NCBI RefSeq assembly: GCF_021869535.1 | Contig: NW_026262581.1 | Coordinates: forward strand, 16,678,001-16,742,000 | Length of the DNA: 64,000 bases | Origin: Mytilus californianus | Taxonomy: Eukaryota | Reading direction: 5' to 3' | In this document: piece after piece, positions 13,292 to 25,537 of the stretch | Numbering within the stretch: the stretch's first letter is position 1 | Layout of the letters: every line of letters starts with the position of its first letter | The notes under the pieces: generated by a model | The model's input: the letters and a program-made list of their open reading frames with translations, nothing else | What the model was told of the DNA's origin: nothing | The model's database searches: none | Made by a program: the position numbers and the translations under genes

Positions 13292-13590
13292 TTAATAGGG
13301 TTATTTCACCTCTGAGAACCAATAGCACCAGAGGCAAGAAAAAATAGAAAAGATTGTTTTTAAAAGGTGCCATCTATAAGAACACACGTATTATAAGCGA
13401 ATAAGTAACAGGCATCATTCTAGCGCTGAAACGGGTACATACGCGCTAATAGGGTTATTTCACCTTTAAGAACCCATAGCCAACACCAGAAACAAGAAAA
13501 CAATTGAAAAGATTTTTTACTACAAGGTGCAATGTATTACAACATATAAGCGAATAAGTAACGGTATCAGTCGAGCGCTGAAACGGGTAC
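13292..13590. repeat. ~150-bp tandem repeat (two copies here, a third part at ~8525-8638) split by the piggyBac-like insertion
   Basis: taatagggttatttcacct occurs at 13293 and 13447. ataagcgaataag...agcgctgaaacgggtac occurs in both, and a homologue is at 8568-8630. Confidence 0.75.
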
Positions 13591-13597
13591 ACTGAGG

Positions 13598-13881
13598 CTC
13601 CTGTCCCAAGTCAAGAGCCTGTAATTCAGTGGTTGTCGTTTGTTGACGTGTTACATATTTGTTTTTAATTCATTTTTTTGTTTCATAAATTAAGCCGTTA
13701 TTTTCTCGTTTGAATTGTTTTTCATTTGTCATTTCGGGACCTTTTATAGCTGTATATGCGGTATGGGCTTTGCTCATTGTTGAAGGCCGTACGGTGACCT
13801 ATATTTGTTAATTTCCTGTGTCATTTGGTCTCTTGTGGAGAGTTGTCTCATTGGCAATCATACCACATCTTCTTTTTTATA
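13598..13881 (-). repeat. Near-full copy of the abundant gatgtggtatgattgccaatgagac family
   Basis: Continuous match to the other copies, from cctgtcccaagtca to ataccacatcttctttt. Confidence 0.8.
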
Positions 13882-14633
13882 TTAATCTTTTTAGAAGAAT
13901 GACGCAAAATGTCGAATATATTTATTTGTTTTTTATCTTCACGTTCTGTCAAATCATTTGAGAATATGGATGAAACACCGAAAGCAGTCATTTATAAGAA
14001 TATATATCAAACTGACCATGCGCAGATTTATTTTCATATCTACATAAAACATTTTAGAAAAATCGATCGCGATGGATCTAAGCTTTCACACTTGAAGAAA
14101 GATCGATTCATAACCACATTTGAGGTGGTCTTTTTTAGTCCGATTGAAGATCGATCTTTCCCATTTTTGCAATACTAAAGATCGGCGATCTCAGAAACTA
14201 TCGGTCTTAATTGTTAGTGCTAACAAACTTAGATTTCTATTAATTTTGAGTAATTTTCGTCAAAATGAAAAGGAATAACATTCTTAACCGAAATTTCTTT
14301 CAGATATACTTTCACTGAAGTATAAAATTCTACAAACATGCTAAATTTATATAATAAGATATTCAACAAACTCATAACAAATTTTGAAGAATCGTATTCA
14401 AAAACTATGTTAGGGTAGGCACTTAAAATAAGGGTAGGTAAGGTAAGCGAAACACGTGTACTATTTTTTATTGGCCTAGGCATATTAACTAGAGCTCATT
14501 CAAAAAGAATTTCAGCATACTATGTGATGTAATTCTTAAGACATTTTTTTTTTTAATTTCCTTTCACTGTCTTTATTGTCAATATTCACATATTCGTACT
14601 ACAATATCGCTGTTCATTCAATTATATAAAAAA

Positions 14634-15241
14634 ATGTCTTCACTATTTTAAGAGGATGAAGAGCTATAAACCAAAAAGGACAAAAATGTATGCCAAAGCC
14701 GGGCAAGGAATCAGAGCTTTGCACGAGGGAGATAAATTCCTTAATTTTAAATAATTTCGAAAATTTTGTAACAGCAAAATTAATTTTAATAACACAAAAT
14801 TTGTATTTTCATGCCAGTACCGAAGTATTGGCAGCTGGGATAGTGATACCCTCGGGGACTATCAGTCAACCAGCAGAGGCATCGAACCAGTGGTAGTAAT
14901 AACATAAACGGTACCAATTTGTCTGCACCAGATGCGCATTTCGACAACCAATGTCTCTTCAGTGATGCTCGAGGCCAAAATAATTTAAAATCCAAATTAA
15001 GCCTATTAAAAGAGCTATAAATCAAAAAGGACCAAAAAGAATACCAAAGTCGGACAAGGAATCAGAGCTTTGCATGAGGGAGATACGTACATTCCTTAAT
15101 TTTAAATTATTTCAAAAATTTTGTAACAGCAAATTTTAAAAACACAAAATCCATATTTTCAGGCCAGTACCGAAGTATTGGCTACTGGGATAGTGATACC
15201 CTAGGGGACTATCAGTCCACCAGCAAAGGCATCGGCCCAGT
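14634..15241 (-). mobile_element. Retrozyme-like tandem repeat, ~350-nt unit, ~1.7 copies
   Basis: gagctataaa at 14661 and 15012, and gccagtaccgaag at 14813 and 15163, give a period of 350-351. One hammerhead lies at the unit junction. ~350-nt type I hammerhead retrozymes are known from Mytilus. Confidence 0.8.
14925..14968 (-). ncRNA. Minimal type I hammerhead ribozyme with intact catalytic core
   Basis: The minus strand reads GCAUCA-CUGAAGA-GACA-uuggu-UGUC-GAAA-UGCGCAU-C-UGGUGC. Stem I is 6 bp (one G-U), stem II is 4 bp, and stem III is the palindrome AUGCGCAU. The AUC cleavage triplet gives a predicted cut between 14931 and 14930. Confidence 0.85.
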
Positions 15242-15253
15242 GAAAAGTCTTTT

Positions 15254-15463
15254 AGGGAGCAACCATTTAACAATTCAATTAATTTCTTCAACGCTATCAA
15301 TCAAATTATTTTGTTCAAAATTTAACACTTTAAATGGGGGAAATCAGGATTCAGAATATATATTTTTGTCCTCTGCTTGTTTTTCATCAGTTTGGGAATC
15401 AGAATATTATTTTATGAAAAAAAAACATATCCCCCCCCCCTTAAAGATAAATGATCGTCCCCT
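15254..15463. mobile_element. Short MITE-like element with imperfect TIRs; related ends at ~2632, ~16248 and 32890-33150
   Basis: Left end agggagcaaccattta vs reverse complement of the right end taaatgatcgtcccct, with the typical internal C-run and A-run. Confidence 0.45.
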
Positions 15464-16551
15464 TAGTAAAGTAACATTCTTGAAAAAGTCATTTTCATTT
15501 TCTAGTTGACGTGTTGTCCTATTTGTAATTACTGTGTTAAAATACGCGAGAAAAACTTCGCGCCTTCATTTTATTAGTGCTTTGACCCTTTATTTATGAT
15601 TTATTACACATTTTAGATTAGGAAGTTTAAATGTTATCCATCTGCAATAAGTATTAACCGAATTTCTTTCTGTATCACAGATGGTTGTCAGAATATTCTG
15701 AACTCATAAATTATAAATTTCTTGAGACATCGACCTTGTAATTTCTCCATCACTGGTTGATTGTACATTGTTAAAGGGGCAAAATTGAAAAAAAAAATAA
15801 TAAAGAAGAGACATGTAGCAAGATTACTAATACATATGTTAGAGTAGAAAATTGAGGTCATTTACGAATCTTTTCTCACGAGCTATCAAAGTGACATGTT
15901 AATGAGGTTAGATAAACCAGTTCACATGATTATCTCATGAAATATGATTTTACGATGCACATCACTGGATTGTTAGGAACAAACTTAAGACAGACCTATG
16001 AATTTGTTGATTTTCATATTTTTGTAATAAATACTTAGGCAGGTTTATGAGGTTAAAACCAATTTCATCATTTTGACAAACACTTGTTCTTACATTTTGA
16101 TTTGAGCAGATATGAATTATATAGGTTAAAACAATAAAAGAATATAAGGAAACTATTGATTTTGCGATCTACAATATAGTTCAGTATTTGATTCATAGGA
16201 AACTTTTAAGGTTTAGCATTTATTTTTAATTATTATTTTGATTAATAAAGGGAACGACCATTGAACCTCAAAAAAAGGGGGGTGGTATGTTTTTTTTAGT
16301 CCCCTACCGACGAAGTCGAAGGGGATTTTATGTTTTTTTCTCAAAAAATATTCTTATCCCCACTTTGCTGGGGAAAAGATTCAGGCCAAACAGATGACCA
16401 AAAAAATATATAACGAATCCAGATTTACTTCATACCTTATAGTGTTAAATATTACAAAAAAAAATTTTTATTGATAGCGCTGAAAAAGGTTAAAAAAAAT
16501 AGGTTCCCGTTTGGCGAAAAAAAGAAATCAAACAATTAAAGATACCCCTCC

Positions 16552-17222
16552 TTTTTAGCTCACTAGGCCCAAAGAGTTTTCTCATCACTTGGCGTCACTG
16601 AGTCGTCCGTTGTCGTCGTTAACTTTTTTTTCATTTTGAACTTCTTCTAGACAACCACTGAATGGAATGAAACCAAACATGGCATGAATGTTCCTTATGA
16701 GGTGTTGACTAAATGTTGTTACTTTGTAGCCGATCCATCATCCAAAATGGCCGCCAGCGGGGGACGTAGTTTAACATAGGACCCTATGGATAATCCATAC
16801 AAATGTCTTCTTTTAGAAAACCACTGAATGGAATGAAACCAAATATGGCATGAATATTCCTTATGGGGTTTTGACTAAATGTTGTTACTTTGTAGCCGAT
16901 CCATCATCCAAAATGGCCGCCAGCGGGGGACGTAGTTTAACATAGGACCCTATGGATAATACATACAAATGTCTTCTTTTAGAAAACCACTGAATGGAAT
17001 GAAACCAAACATGGCATGAATGTTCCTTATGAGGTGTTGACTAAATGTTGTTACTTTGTAGCCGATCCATCATCCAAAATGGCCGCCAGCGGGGGGACAT
17101 AGTATACTATAGGACCCTATGGGAAATACATACAAATGTATTCTTTTAGAGAACTACTAAATTGAATGATATAAAACATGATATGAATGTTCCTTATGAG
17201 GTGCTGACCAAGTGTTGCAACT
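16552..17222 (+). mobile_element. Helentron-associated (HINE-like) element, 3' truncated, with 166-bp tandem repeats (~3.4 copies)
   Basis: Starts tttttagctcac, then a gtcgtcc/gtcgtcgt microsatellite-like tract. accactgaatgg occurs at 16654, 16820 and 16986. Confidence 0.75.
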
Positions 17223-17409
17223 GTGTAGGCAAAAATGGCGTCGTTTAGTCTAAATGACATTAAAAAATTTATGAATGCAGATGTTTTTATGGTATGGCAG
17301 CCTTAGTAGGACATTCCTGTAGAACGATAAGCTGGATAAATATAAGAACTACACGGACAATAACAGTTAAAGGACGGCTATTTCATATTTTAGGAAGGGA
17401 TTTTGATTT

Positions 17410-17490
17410 ATTGGTGTTTAACGCTAGTTTCAACACTATTGGGCTATTCCGTTGTGGTCAGTTTAAATTTATAGATGAAGGATTGGGAAA
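17410..17490 (-). mobile_element. 3' fragment of the tRNA-derived SINE family seen at 48662-48908
   Basis: ttggtgtttaacgctagtttcaacactattgggctatt...ggtcagttt is the reverse complement of the tail at ~48840-48905. Confidence 0.55.
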
Positions 17491-18044
17491 GGAAGAGGGC
17501 ATTATTATTCATTTTAATCTGTCGCTAATCATGCCTATTTTTCAGATCTTACCAGGCAACCATATTCATATATAAAATTCTCCTGTCCCCCACCCCAAAA
17601 AATGAATAAATATCAAATAATTTTCATCTTATTTAACACATGTTTAAATTGATTGATTGTTTGCTGCTAATTTTTAACGCCCATTGACAAATATTTCATG
17701 CATTTTTATAAAAACACGAGTTTAAAGTCCGGTACTACTAGATGTGATATGATTGCTAATGAGGCAACTATCCACTGGAGTTCAAATATGAAGAAGATGT
17801 AAGCAATTTAGGCAACCGTAAGGCCTTCAACACAAATGACAAAACCGGATGATGTAGAGTCGTCTATAAAAGGCTCGATATGAAAAGTGTGAAACAATTC
17901 AAACGAAAAAAACTAACGGTCTAATTATACATAACAAAAACAATTTACAAAATATCAAATATGAGTCGAGACATGAACCACTTTATTAAAGGCTCCAGAC
18001 TTGGGACAGGCACATAAATAAATAGGGCAGGGTTGATATAAAAA

Positions 18045-18455
18045 CGGAAATGTGGCATGATTGCCAATGAGACAACTATCTACAAGAGACCAAATTACAC
18101 AGAAATTAACAGCTATAAGTCACCGTATGGCCTTCAACGATAAACACAGCCCATACCGCATAGTCAGCTTTAAAAGGCCCCGAAATCACAATTGTAAACC
18201 AATTCAAATGATTAAACTAACGGCCTAATTAATGTACAAAAAAATTAACGAACAACAAATGTGACACGTACACAACAACAAACGACAACCACGACAATCC
18301 TGACTTTGGACAGGCAAATACATACAGAATGTGGAGGGGGGTTAAACATGTTAGCGGGATCCCAACCAACCCCATAAAATGGGACAGTGGTGTAACAGTA
18401 CACCCTGTTTGTGAGCGCTCAACCCTCCCCGAAGCTGGGACAGTGGTTTAACAGT
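18045..18455 (+). repeat. Long copy of the abundant gatgtggtatgattgccaatgagac family; a second diverged copy lies at ~17740-18020
   Basis: Direct sequence match to the other copies. Confidence 0.75.
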
Positions 18456-19650
18456 ACAATACAAGAACAACCTGCACAAATCAGTTGCAATTAGATTAAC
18501 TCAAAAGATCGGTACGAGACACACACAAAAAAACTAACATTAAGACAATAGACACAAAGCACCGAAATATTGGTATTTGCAATTACTGGAAGTATGTTCA
18601 AAGCTAATTACAACTAGTACTGAAATAAATCTTGTTCTCCCGGACTGAAGTATCAATCAGTTAACAACCAACGAATTTATTAAATACAGAATAACATAGT
18701 CTGAGAAACGTCTGGTATACGTTGTATACTTGCATATAGATCCATGTACAATGAAAGTTTTTGAAATGAGGTTGATCCGAAGGTTTTGACCATCGAAATT
18801 TTGCAATAGTAATAGTTAGGACCAGAAGATTTTCTTCGAGAACCACAAGAGAAAATGATTCTGATAACTTTCCGATATCTTTACTTTATTCCAAAGTAAT
18901 CCAGTTTGGTTACTTAAAAACAAATTTGGATAGACACGATGTCCTTATTTATCATATTCAAGACAAACATTGACGAATTCGTATGCAGTTTATTATTCTT
19001 AAAAATCAATTAGTGGGGGTTTTAGCCTGATTTGTTTAGCAAAATTGAGTTATAGGAAAGCACAAAGAAAAATGTTACGAACACTTTTTACAGTCATGTC
19101 TACCGGACGTATCTTCATTTTCAAAATAAACACCGTAAACTTCATTTATGACATCCAAAATAACAAAAATCTGCTTATATTCGACGCGAACTAAATTTTT
19201 GTTTTATTGATCTACCGTAGAATATCTCCAGAGGAGGTACAGATTCTTTTTTTACTCTTCACTAGAAGACATTCCAGAGATGTGCAGAAGAGACCAATAA
19301 AACACGCCCCAGGTATCCTACACATACAATTATTGATTCATTGAAGATGATACAATTTTTTTTAAAATAATCATTTTCTGTTATCATTGCTTGTAATTAT
19401 AGGATGGGAAAGGTATACGTGTTTGCGGGGGATAGGGACGATGGTTTTTCTAGATTTGAACAAAATCAATAATAATAAAAATAATAAGCCAGTTTAATTA
19501 TTTTACTTTATTAAAATGATATCATACTGTCACCCCACTACCGAACCTCGTCCTGAAAATGTATGAAATATTTGTCATTGGACGAAAAACAAACAACATT
19601 CAACCAATCTCTGCATAACACGCACAAAACTTAATAAGCTGGTTGTTTTT

Positions 19651-19936
19651 TTATGCCCTACGATATCAGAGGGTCATTATGGTTATCGGTCTGTGCGTCC
19701 GTTCGTCCGTCTGTCCGTTCGTCTGTCTGTCCTGATCCAGGTTAAAATTTTGGTCAAGGTAGTTTTTGATGAAGTTGAAGTCCAATCAACTTAAAACTAA
19801 ATTCACATGTTCCCTATGATATGATTTTTCTAATTTGAATGCCAGATTAGAGTTTTGACCAACATTTCTCGGTCCACTGAACATAGAAAATGATAGTGTG
19901 CATGGGGCATCCATATACTATGGACACATTCTTGTT
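19651..19936 (+). mobile_element. Short HINE-like element
   Basis: 5' ttatgccc subterminal IR, a (gtcc/gtct)n tract at ~19695-19731, 3' gggcat (19905-19910), and a cttgttt end in a T-rich site. Confidence 0.6.
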
Positions 19937-21405
19937 TTTCGGATGTTTCCAAAGGCTCCCACTGAAAGTGTTTGAGCACCCTATAGCATGTTCCACATAT
20001 GTCTGATACCCAATCGGTAATTGCAAGTTTATATTTTTACATAATATTCTTTCTGCTCTTGTTCTACACGTAGCTCTCAGCTTATTGCGTCAATAGAGGA
20101 AAACGAACGGAGAACGCTAGCGGTATTTCTATTTTACCTACAATGACAAAATCCCGAGGATCTGTAATGTCATGCCTGGTCAATTAAAGGCAGTTTATCA
20201 ACCTGTAGAGCATCATCCTATAGTTATAGGAAACTACTGCGTGTAAACCTTATATGATACGTATTGTCCACAAAAACCTGCGTAGGTATGCAATGTCGGT
20301 ATCTGGAGGCTCTTTGTCTTGTCTGAAAACGGCACGAACATTGCTGTCAGTTACCGCTTACGTTTCGGGTATTTTATGCCACCCTTCTTGTAGTTGTTGA
20401 GGGTGCGCAACCGGTGAATAGCGAGTCACATTTTACAAAGAACCCTTGCAAGAGAATTAACAATTAAAGTTCAAACTTAGTTTGTTTCGTTTTTGTAAAG
20501 ACTTGGTTAGAGTTAAATAAAGTAAACAAAGAAAATACATGCTTTAGAGTGTGTATGACAGCAAGTATTGTTTGGAATGTTTGAAAGGCAGATCAAACGG
20601 GTTAGAAAATTACAGTCCTCAGAAATTACAGTGCGAAATGTTTTGAAACTTTGCAGGAATATGTTTAAGAGTCGGTTCTGCATTAAGTACAACCCGTCCA
20701 AAATTTTTGACCACGGATAAACACACCTGTAATTAAATGTCCGTCACTATTGAGTTCGAAAAAAAATAAAAATGTCAAGTTGGTTTAAATTCTAAGGGTT
20801 GGCGACGGCTTTTTTTTCTCTCTCATTACTCCTTCAAGGTTTCATATCCTTTCTGCTAAACCCTCGCCTCCTGTCAGTGTTCCAAAATGTAAAGAAGAAG
20901 AACTTTAAAGGGGTATATTATTTTTATTCTTCATGGAATAATTATTATGAAATGTCTGTTCCATAAGGAAAAATTATAAAGAAATTATACATGATAAAGT
21001 TTTCGAAGGGACGTTTGTTATAAGAAATCAATATACGCGAAGATTTAATTGATATACAGGTAATTTAAGTATTAGATGCAATATAAAGGTAACAAATAAA
21101 CAGGCCGGTAACAACCGTTGCGGGATAGTTTTTCTGTATGATTTTTATAAAAAAAAAAGAAGATGTGGTATAATTGCCAATTTTAGTCAGGTCAAGGTCT
21201 GGCCAGAAAAAAGTTGAAGAGCATTGAGAACACTAAAATTCCAAAAAGATGTGCCAAATACGGCTAAGGTAATATATGTCAGGGATACGAAAATCCTTAG
21301 TCTATTAATAATGCACCAATATTCATATGAAACTTTAGATGCAAAATTGAGAAAAAAAACCTAAAATGATGACATTTTCTTTTTGTACTAGTGAGTTGAA
21401 TTTAA

Positions 21406-22357
21406 TTATACCCCACGCAACGAAGTTGCGGAGGGTATAATGTATTGACCCGTCCGTCTGTCTTTCCGTCCGTCCGTCAGTCCGTCAGTCCTGTTTCTTG
21501 TCATCGCAACTCCTCTCAAACCACACAACAGAATTTCATGAAACCTTTTTAGATAATAAGGACATACTATGTAGTTGTGCATATCGACAGGAAATTACGA
21601 TTCAATTTTTTTTCTAGGAGTTACGCCCCTTTGAACTTATTTGCTTCAATGTACTACTGCAACAGTTTGTCTCGCAACTCCTCTGAAACCACACCACATA
21701 ATTTCATGAAACTTTGTAGATAATAAGGACATGCAATGTAGATGTGCATATGGACAGGAAATTACGATTCATTTTTTTTCTAGGAGTTACGCCCCTTTGA
21801 ACTTATTTGCTTCAATGTACTACTGCAACAGTTTGTCATCGCAACTCCTCTGAAACCACACCACAGAATTTCATGAAACTTTGTAGATAATAAGGACATA
21901 CTATGTAGATGTGCATATCGACAGGAAATTACGATTCAATTTTATTTCTAGGAGTTGCGCCCCTTTGAACTTATTTGCTTTAATGTACTACTGCAACAGT
22001 TTGTCATCGCAACTCCTCTGAAACCACACAACAGAATTTCATGAAACCTTTTTAGATAATAAGGACATACTATGTAGATGTGCATATCGACAGGAAATTA
22101 CGATTCAATTTTTTTTCTAGGAGTTACGCCCCTTTGAACTTATTTGCTTCAATGTACTTCTGCAACAGTTTGTCATCGCAACTCCTCTGAAACCACACAA
22201 CAGAATTTCATGAAACTTTGTAGATAATAAGGACATACTATGTAGATGTGCATATTGACAGGAAATTATGATTCAATTTTTTTCTTCTTACACTTATTTT
22301 ATTTCTCCAATGACAATGTTGACGTGGGGTATGTGAGCGCGCTCACTAAGGTTCTTT
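21406..22357 (+). mobile_element. Complete HINE-like (Helentron-associated) element with ~168-bp tandem repeats (~4.6 copies)
   Basis: Perfect 10-bp subterminal IR ataccccacg (21408-21417) / cgtggggtat (22323-22332), 5' hairpin cgcaacgaagttgcg, and a (gtcc)n tract. gcaactcctct occurs at 21506, 21674, 21841, 22009 and 22178. The 3' palindrome is gtgagcgcgctcac (22333-22346). Confidence 0.85.
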
Positions 22358-22674
22358 AATTTGTCACTGTATCGGTTATAATAAAGTTAAAGAAATAAAA
22401 TCGTGCATTCTTGATATCAATACATTGAATTTTTATTGTTAACAAATGATTATAATTCGTCAACCTATAAAGATTTAGTTATGACCAGGAAAAGGAGAGT
22501 AGATAATTAGCCTAATAATAAGATAACTTGCAAAATTGATATATAAAATGAGTGTTATTTATATAAATAAACTTATGACTATCCTAAGACCATCATAAGA
22601 CACCTCTCGTGTAGTCCTAACTGTATGACCAACTTTAAGAGATGTTCTAATTGAGGACAACTTTGTGAAATCAA

Positions 22675-22727
22675 CTTAGGACTTAGATATGTCTTAAGAC
22701 AATCCTAAGACATGTCTAAGTCCTAAG
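22675..22727. repeat. Hairpin (22-bp arms, 1 mismatch) in a probable MITE end
   Basis: cttaggacttagatatgtctta / taagacatgtctaagtcctaag, followed by ttttgaaactggcc, which resembles a DNA-transposon terminus. Confidence 0.55.
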
Positions 22728-22905
22728 ACAGCTTTTGAAACTGGCCGCAGATCAGACTAAATTGACATTACTTTTTTCGCAATTATATAAACCTAGTGAT
22801 GTCTGAGTTGAATGGAATGAACATGATATTTGTTATGCAAATGACAATAGTCAACCATTCTCGACCGTTAGCTAATTTGGCATTTTCAACTTTTTTTCTA
22901 TACCA

Positions 22906-22949
22906 GCGTCACTGGTGAGTCTTTTGTAGCCGAAACGCGCGTTTGGCGC
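22906..22949 (+). ncRNA. Degenerate type I hammerhead ribozyme of a second family (probably inactive)
   Basis: GCGUCA-CUGGUGA-GUCU-uuugu-AGCC-GAAA-CGCGCGU-U-UGGCGC. Stem I and the palindromic stem III are intact, but core A6 is G and stem II has a U-C mismatch. Confidence 0.7.
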
Positions 22950-23175
22950 ATTTACTAAATTTTAATCCTGTTATCTGGGATGAGTTTATTTCCAATCACA
23001 TTTTATACCAATCAAACGTACGTGTTTGTGACTGTTTTATAGAAATAATAACATTCCTTCACTTCTTTCATATCCCAACTATCACATCGGTTTGGCGTAA
23101 CGATCAAAGCTGATGCCTTGTATATAGTGAACGTGTAGCACTGTCCACGTATAAAAGAACACCCACAACATCCTT

Positions 23176-25537
23176 TGATAGAGTGTAAATAAGACAACTA
23201 GTATAACTCTTATCTGTTAAAGTCATTTATTTCATTCTTTTAACAATTCATTTTTGTATCGTAGTTCTCAGTAGTGTGTAATTTATCCGATTTCATAGAG
23301 GTCACAGCCTTTTAACATGTGTTAGTTTAAGTATAATTGTATTATGTATTAATAGGTTGGTGCATTTTTTGTGCATATTTGTTGGCAATTTAGGTCAGGT
23401 CAACAAGTAGAATTAATTAGATCAAATTCTTGGTGCATAGTTGGTGCATTCTTGGTGACAAATGTTTATACAAGGACTCTGTTTAGAGATGAAAGAATTG
23501 AAGGCGAGAACATGGAGAAGGAATAATACAATATGAAACGTTCGAACGGATTATGTTATTCTATGCAGATTTTGGCAGATATTGGGAGGACCATTATAGA
23601 TTCATAGAAAGGTTGTGCTACATTACTATTCATTTGTATTTAATTTTGTGTTTTTTTGTCCGCACAGTAAAGGACACTGTTGCATGATTTTTTTCTGCAT
23701 AGTATTGAACACTATGCGTGTTTTTATTTTTTGTGTACACCGTATCGGTCATTGTTGCCTAATTCTTTTATATACGGAATGTAACGAAATCCGTTTGTGG
23801 AAATTTGTGAAAGTAATGTGCCGTGAGTGCCTGACATTTTTCTATGTGAATCTTCGAATCATATATTTTGTAAACTGTATCTTATGTAAATATTCGCCTG
23901 GAATGGACTGATAATAAACAATAGATTAGTTGATTTACTAGTATATTTTCATTTAACATCTCTGAATTATCTGTCGTCAAATTGTCCGTTATTTCAATGT
24001 ACCCGGCCTGACGTGAAAGTTTTATGATACTCGACCGTCGTGGCATTTTTGCTGCCAAAAGTGGGATCCAACAAGAACAAACAGTGACTTTATATATTTC
24101 AAAATATGGATAACGAGATAGAAGACGTGTTTTAATAGAAGATTTAAACAGAAATAAAACTCAAGTGATAAAGTTAAAGTTTATTCCGATATATTGTTGA
24201 TGTTGAGAATATTGGTCTGGTTTCAATTGCGTAAGCAGATGATTTCAGTGTTACACCATGTAATTAAACAGAGGGACTTTCTGACGATCAGTTAACTGAT
24301 TTACTACACGAATTAAGATTTATTACTGAAGAGTTAGTGTCAGGAACTCCTCTTTAAAATACAAACTGTATTGCTGTTAGTGACAGTGAAGATGACAATT
24401 CTTCTCCAGAAGCTAAGGTGGTAGACACAACTACAAATACAGAGATTTTGACTCTGATGACAAGAATATTGCATACATGGATGGGAGTATGAAGACAACT
24501 AGAAACAGCACTGTCTCCTATTCAACAGGAATTGATCCAGAAACAATAGACTTTGAACATTTGGCAATAACTGTAATAGATTAAATTTCAAAACAATTGA
24601 AGAAACAGAACGTTCGTTATGCTTGTGCTAACACCTTATAGAACTTACTGTGATTTAGCGGAGATAATAACATTTGTTGCTGACAATTCATTTTGTGATT
24701 TACTTAGATAATTTTCTTTTTAGAATTATTTTTCATATAACTTGTTTTGACATTGCTTTGTTTTTGTTATCAAATTGTCAGTATGCGAACTTTAACGAGC
24801 TTTACATTTGTTTTATTATTTATTGAAATGTGTTATGATAATTTCCTGTGGTCAATTAAATCCACATGCTTATAGAAAAGATGGAATGACAGAGTGTAAA
24901 TAAGACAATATTACTTTTATCTGTTCAAGTAATTTTAAAAATTATTTTTGTATCGTAGTTATCAGTGGTGTGTAATGTATCCGATTTCCTAGAGGTCATA
25001 GCCTTTTAACATGTGATAGTTTAAGTAGAGTTTTACTAACTGTATTAATAGGTTAGTGCATTTTTGGTGCTTATTTGGTGGCAATTTAGGTCAGGTTAAC
25101 AAGCAGAATTTATGTCAAATTCTTTTTGCATAGTTGGTGCATTCTTGGTGACCAATGTGTTCATATGGACTCTGTTTTAGAGTTAAAAGAATTGAAGGCG
25201 AGAAGGAACAATACAATATGAAACGTTTTAAAGGATATTGTTATTCTATGCAGATTTTGGCAGATCTTAAGAGGACCCTTTTATTATTATTTTTTTGTGA
25301 AAGTAATGTACTGTGAGTGCCTAACATATGTTTATGTGAATCTTCGATTCATGTATTTTGTAAACTGTATATTATGTAAATATTCGCCTGGAATGGAATT
25401 CTAATTAAAAAATAGACTAGTCGATTTACTAGTATATTTTCATTTAACATCTCTGAATTATCTGTCGTCAAATTGTCCTTTATTTCAATGTACCCGGTCT
25501 GACCTGAAAGTTTTATGATACTCGACCGCCGTGGCGA
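23176..25537 (+). mobile_element. Internally deleted Ty3/Gypsy-like LTR retrotransposon (old insertion)
   Basis: Diverged direct repeats at 23176-24045 (TG...CA) and 24887-~25537. A PBS-like tgctgccaaaagtgggat (24050-24067) matches tggtgtcagaagtgggat, the complement of the tRNA-Leu 3' end, at 15/18. A purine tract agaaaagatggaa (24874-24886) abuts the second repeat. No TSD found. Confidence 0.7.
24106..24584 (+). pseudogene. Decayed acidic ORF directly after the PBS (gag position; identity unconfirmed)
   Basis: Starts ATG MDNEIEDV. Long stretches read in frame, e.g. TEGLSDDQLTDLLHELRFITEELVSGTPL*NTNCIAVSDSEDDNSSPEAKVVDTT and DFDSDDKNIAYMDGSMK...DFEHLAITVID*, broken by stops and frameshifts. 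Confidence 0.5.

Noticed and set aside
17294-17575. 93-aa ORF
   Set aside because: It runs through an inverted SINE tail, with no protein motif.
19094-20920. Possible upstream exons for the Cys-cluster gene (19266-19311, ~20880-20915) and the CpG-rich block at 20050-20450
   Set aside because: Splice signals are only moderate and no unambiguous phase-compatible chain to 27452 could be built.
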